From a bacterium (GTDB lineage Bacteria > SAR324 > XYD2-FULL-50-16 > G965216635), in assembly GCA_965216635.1 (NCBI GenBank), contig OZ244188.1, positions 64,001 through 128,000 on the forward strand: DNA of 64,000 bases. Direction: 5' to 3'. The position numbers were made by a program, and so were the translations under genes. Within the stretch, counting starts at the first letter, position 1. Every line of letters begins with the position of its first letter. Positions 60,224 to 64,000 of this stretch are shown here, piece after piece. Below the pieces are notes generated by a model. The model saw nothing but the letters and a program-made list of their open reading frames with translations. It was not told the origin of the DNA and ran no database searches.

Positions 60224-61228
60224 ATGAGATATTACATAATCAAACGACTACTCCTTTCCATTCCTACCCTTTTTGGCATTACCATTTTAACTTTTCTTAT
60301 TACCCGTTTTGTGCCGGGAGGTCCCTTGGAGCAATTACTCTCTGAATTAAAATTTTCTGAAACAGAGCAGCAAATCAGTTATGAGGGTTTAGTAGAAGAA
60401 GATTTAGCCTATCTAAAAGAGCTTTACGGACTAGATAAAAATTGGTTTGTAGCCTATTGGGATTGGCTGAAAAAAATAATCGTTTTTGATTTTGGTGATT
60501 CTTATCGTTACAACGAGCCTGTGCGTGCGCTAATTTTTGAGAGACTTCCTATAGCCATCTATTATGGGTTAGTCACAACAATATTACCTTATCTGGTCTG
60601 CATTCCTTTAGGTGTTTTTAAGGCTCTAAAAAACCGTTCGTTCTTTGACAATAGCACTTCTGTAGCTATTTTTATAGGTTACACTATTCCTTCATTTGTA
60701 TTAGGATTACTACTTATTTTATTTTTTGCGAGTTATCTGGATTGGTTTCCATTGCAAGGATTTACGAGTGATGAATTTACAGAAAAAGGGCTTTTTGCCA
60801 AAATGGGGGATATTCTTTACCACTCTATTTTACCTCTAATTTGTTACACCGTAGGATCTTTTGCAACAATGACCGTGCTAGTCAAAAATTCGCTTTTGGA
60901 AAATCTCAACCAAGATTATGTCCGCACTGCCTACGCTAAAGGATTAAAAAGAAGGACGGTGATTTTTAAGCACGCACTCCGAAATTCTTTGGTGCCACTG
61001 GCAGCGAGTTTTGGCAATAATATCAGCTTAGTTTTTACAGGGGCTTTTCTTATTGAAACCATTTTTAATATCAATGGCATTGGTTTATTGGGTTTTGAAT
61101 CTGTGCAACAAAGAGATTATCCAGTTGCTTTAGGGATTGTTTTTATAGGAGGTATTTTATTTTTGATAGGAAATTTACTATCGGATATTTGTTTGGCTAT
61201 AGTTGATCCCAGGATTCAATTTCAATAG
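60224..61228 (+). CDS. Peptide ABC transporter permease (YejB/DppB-like)
   Basis: YIIKRLLL.IPTLFGI, FVPGGP, FDFGDS, YVRTAYAKGL, DPRIQF. Confidence 0.9.
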   Translation: MRYYIIKRLLLSIPTLFGITILTFLITRFVPGGPLEQLLSELKFSETEQQISYEGLVEEDLAYLKELYGLDKNWFVAYWDWLKKIIVFDFGDSYRYNEPVRALIFERLPIAIYYGLVTTILPYLVCIPLGVFKALKNRSFFDNSTSVAIFIGYTIPSFVLGLLLILFFASYLDWFPLQGFTSDEFTEKGLFAKMGDILYHSILPLICYTVGSFATMTVLVKNSLLENLNQDYVRTAYAKGLKRRTVIFKHALRNSLVPLAASFGNNISLVFTGAFLIETIFNINGIGLLGFESVQQRDYPVALGIVFIGGILFLIGNLLSDICLAIVDPRIQFQ

Positions 61229-61285
61229 CCAGATATATTAGCCAGATAGCTTAGCCAGATATATTAGCCAGATAGCTTCTAGCCT
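61226..61285. repeat. 13-bp tandem repeat x4
   Basis: Alternating TAGCCAGATATAT / TAGCCAGATAGCT starting at the stop codon. Confidence 0.85.
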
Positions 61286-61366
61286 TATAAAGTAAAATTC
61301 CCAAACTCTTTAATCTCTGCTGTGTTTACAATTCTTATAGAAATTTTTTAAGAATTATAAATTTTA

Positions 61367-61487
61367 GAGACCTTTGAATTAGCTTACCACCGTTTAGCCA
61401 AAGCAATCGTATTTTTTTTGCACTTTTCTAGCCGTTTGGCTAGCCGTCCCAGCTAGTTTTGTCCTATTTGGCAAATTCAAAGGTTTC
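61367..61487. mobile_element. Palindromic MITE-like repeat, short complete copy
   Basis: GAGACCTTTGAATTAGC...GGCAAATTCAAAGGTTTC. Confidence 0.78.
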
Positions 61488-61495
61488 TCTTAAAC

Positions 61496-62290
61496 TTAAA
61501 AACTTTGGTACATTTGAATTCTAGTTGAGAATCCATCGTTAAATAAAAGGCTTCCGTTTAAAGTGCTGTTGTATTTTTTATTTTTAGTGGTAAAGCCAAT
61601 TTCACCACTATTTACAGAACTACTACCATTAACATCTTTCAAAACATTGGTTCTATTAAAATTCAAACGAAGTCCGCTGCGGTGTTTTAGATGAATTTTT
61701 CCAAAATCACTAATATTAGCGTTTGAGTTTGCAGAATCTTTATCTATTGTTAGAGAGCCTCCTAAACTCCATTTTCCTATTTCACGAGAAGTAGAAGTGA
61801 TAATTTTCTGTTTGCCATCTTTGGAGTAGTTGAGAATAAGGTCGCTATTTTTTCCAGCAAATCTAAGATTTAGATTATCACTGTTGCCTGTTATTTTAGC
61901 TATAGGTGTTTCTTCATTTGTGATTATTTTTTTTGCTGAGCGAGTATCAGAAACTAGAGTTTTAACATCTTGCGGTTCCCAATGGACTCTGAGTTGAGTA
62001 GCAACCACCAAGTTATTATTGTTTTCTTTTTTGCTTGTTTCTTGAATCGTATCCTTATCAGAATTTTCTTTTAAAGCATGTTTTTTACTAGCAACCATTC
62101 TTTTTTTATCAGAGTAGAATTTTCTATAACAAATTGTTTCTGCAATTTCTACAGCTTCATAAGCGCTAGCTCCGCCAGCTTTAGCTCTTATCCTTTTTAG
62201 AGCAAAACAATTTTCAAAATTATCCTGCGCCAAAAGATCAGTCAAACTCAAAAGACAACCAACAAAAAGAAGTATTATTGTTTTTTTCAT
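61496..62290 (-). CDS. Exported hypothetical protein, possibly outer-membrane beta-rich
   Basis: Signal peptide, N-terminal Cys pair, beta-strand-rich C-half, terminal Phe (RIQMYQSF). Confidence 0.55.
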   Translation of the reverse strand: MKKTIILLFVGCLLSLTDLLAQDNFENCFALKRIRAKAGGASAYEAVEIAETICYRKFYSDKKRMVASKKHALKENSDKDTIQETSKKENNNNLVVATQLRVHWEPQDVKTLVSDTRSAKKIITNEETPIAKITGNSDNLNLRFAGKNSDLILNYSKDGKQKIITSTSREIGKWSLGGSLTIDKDSANSNANISDFGKIHLKHRSGLRLNFNRTNVLKDVNGSSSVNSGEIGFTTKNKKYNSTLNGSLLFNDGFSTRIQMYQSF

Positions 62291-62302
62291 AAATAATTTT
62301 AA

Positions 62303-62671
62303 TAGACTTTTGAATTTGCATTCTGTTTAGCCAAAACAAGCTTATTGCTTTCACTCTATACGGGCTTTAGCAAAAGAGCCAGTGGCTCTTTTGCAGTCTA
62401 TATTGTATTAGCTTTAAGGTTCGTAGTGTTTTTTACTACGGCATTGAAAAATTTTTTTAACTCTTGCCATTTGTAAAGAAATGCTCTCTTATTGCTGAGC
62501 GTAAAATAAGGGTTATAGCAAAAGCTCCACTGGAGCTTTTGCATTTTATTTATACAGGATATTAAATTTTGTATAATTTTTGTTCTACGATATTCCTACG
62601 AGCTAAAAAAATTTTTCGCACCTGTTCTAACCATTTGGCTAGCCGTCACATCAGCGAAATTCAAAGGTCTA
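62303..62671. mobile_element. Palindromic MITE-like repeat with two nested modules
   Basis: TIRs at both ends; inserts 62341-62442 and 62488-62591, each starting CTTATTGCT with a central hairpin. Confidence 0.82.
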
Positions 62672-62675
62672 TTTA

Positions 62676-62765
62676 AGACTTTTGAATTAGTGTTTTCTCC
62701 AAACTATTGCCAAATTGAGAAAATTTTTTGCTTGTGCCTAGCATCACACTAATTCAACAGTCTCA
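62676..62765. mobile_element. Adjacent short palindromic element variant
   Basis: AGACTTTTGAATTAGTG...CACTAATTCAACAGTCT. Confidence 0.65.
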
Positions 62766-62783
62766 TTTCTACTGGTCTCATTA

Positions 62784-64000
62784 CTAAAAGGCAAACCCAA
62801 ATGTCAACCCGCTTGTAATTCCTCCTCCATCTGTTTCTGTAGTTTGCTGATTTGCATTATTAGTTAATTCAAAAGTAGCCGAAGATCTTCGCCAATAGTA
62901 GCCTATATTAAAGCCAGAATTAAAAATATACTTTATACCAGTTTCAAAATAAGTACCAGAACCACTTCCGCTTTCTACGGTATTTAGATATTCTCTACTA
63001 TGCGAAATATTGACTATACCAGCTCCTAGAAAAAAATCCACCAAACCATTACCCAATAAATGCCATTTCACCCCCAAAGAAGACTCAATATTTTTAATGG
63101 ATAGATTTTCTGTGCGACTACGAGATACTTGACGTGTCTTTGTGACATAACTAGCTACTTGGCGAGTGAGAGTCCCTGTTTCATAGTGAGAGAAGACTTG
63201 GCTAGTGTCTATAAGGTTACGAGTTACTTGGCGAGTTTCTGTATCATAGTAAAGTACTTGGATAGTTTCTATGAGGTTATGAGGTATTTGGCGAATGAAA
63301 GTTTTTGTATAATAGTAAGATACTATGGTAGTTTCTATGCTGTTATGAGGTATTTGGCGAGTTAGAGTCTCTGTTTCATAGTGAGAAAGTACAAATTTCA
63401 CCACTATTTCGATAGTCTCTTCATATTCCCATTTAATACACCGCATAGCACCCACGAACAGTAATTGTTGATAACAAGAAGAATTATAACCCTTAGGTTC
63501 AGCAACTTCTTTTGCACAGTGATAGGTATCGCCAATTCTAATTGCTCCTATATAAGAACCTATCATCTTACAGGCCTCACCTGCAACAAATATATCACTT
63601 CCTATGACGACTGTAGCACCATCCCAATCATAACAATTATCGTCATTAGATTCAAAGAAAACACAGCGAAAATCAAGACCAGGTTTGGATATTTCGCTTG
63701 GTCTGATGATTTCTTCTACATCATAGGTTTCATCTGTATAGCGAGCGACTGTTGCGTCGTAAGTCTCGTCTAGATAGTAAATTTTTCCTGTATCAGAGGT
63801 TTCCTCTACATCGAGAGTGACTGTTGCATCGTAAGTCTCGTCTAGATAGTAAATTTCTCCTGTATCGTAGGTTTCATCTACATAGCGAGTAGCTACTGTT
63901 GCGTCGTAAGTCTCGTCTAAATAGTAAATTTTTCCTGTATCGTAGGTTTCATCTGTATAGCGAGCTACTGTTGCGTCGTAAGTCTCGTCTACATAATAAT
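62784..64000 (-). CDS. Outer-membrane beta-barrel protein with repetitive stalk and Cys-rich insert; 5' end outside window
   Basis: Frame of ORF 62784-63566 stays open to 64000 (manual translation); YYLDETYDATVARYTDETYDTGKI repeats; C-terminal strands ending GLTFGFAF. Confidence 0.75.
   Translation of the reverse strand, partial: YYVDETYDATVARYTDETYDTGKIYYLDETYDATVATRYVDETYDTGEIYYLDETYDATVTLDVEETSDTGKIYYLDETYDATVARYTDETYDVEEIIRPSEISKPGLDFRCVFFESNDDNCYDWDGATVVIGSDIFVAGEACKMIGSYIGAIRIGDTYHCAKEVAEPKGYNSSCYQQLLFVGAMRCIKWEYEETIEIVVKFVLSHYETETLTRQIPHNSIETTIVSYYYTKTFIRQIPHNLIETIQVLYYDTETRQVTRNLIDTSQVFSHYETGTLTRQVASYVTKTRQVSRSRTENLSIKNIESSLGVKWHLLGNGLVDFFLGAGIVNISHSREYLNTVESGSGSGTYFETGIKYIFNSGFNIGYYWRRSSATFELTNNANQQTTETDGGGITSGLTFGFAF

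Overview
AT-rich chromosome segment of a Gram-negative bacterium (kdsA, mraY, beta-barrel OMPs). A host-associated, delta-proteobacteria-like lineage is plausible but is inference only. Housekeeping content: sugar, nucleoside and peptide ABC components, cinA, moeA, recD, a SNF2 helicase, greA, htpG, dxs, menB, prs, a frameshifted msrA missing from the ORF track, ruvB, the run rpsP-rimM-trmD-rplS-yraN-rpsT-dnaG-rpoD, orn, mraY, three tRNAs and kdsA. Two non-standard systems stand out. (1) A family of predicted small outer-membrane beta-barrels: four full genes, one silent fragment and one related gene running off the window. Their barrel strands are constant while huge variable Thr-rich, Cys-containing inserts sit in the loops, suggesting a stalk-and-knob adhesin. 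They come with tandem duplications, repeated or homopolymer-containing promoters and downstream GTAG-REP doublets. (2) More than 20 intergenic copies or remnants of a palindromic MITE-like element with interchangeable arms, into which a second asymmetric module (TTATTGCT...ACGAT/ACGGC) is nested, up to three levels deep. These often sit next to orphaned operon members. Most inspected genes lack Shine-Dalgarno motifs. No transposase, reverse transcriptase, integrase or CRISPR array was seen.
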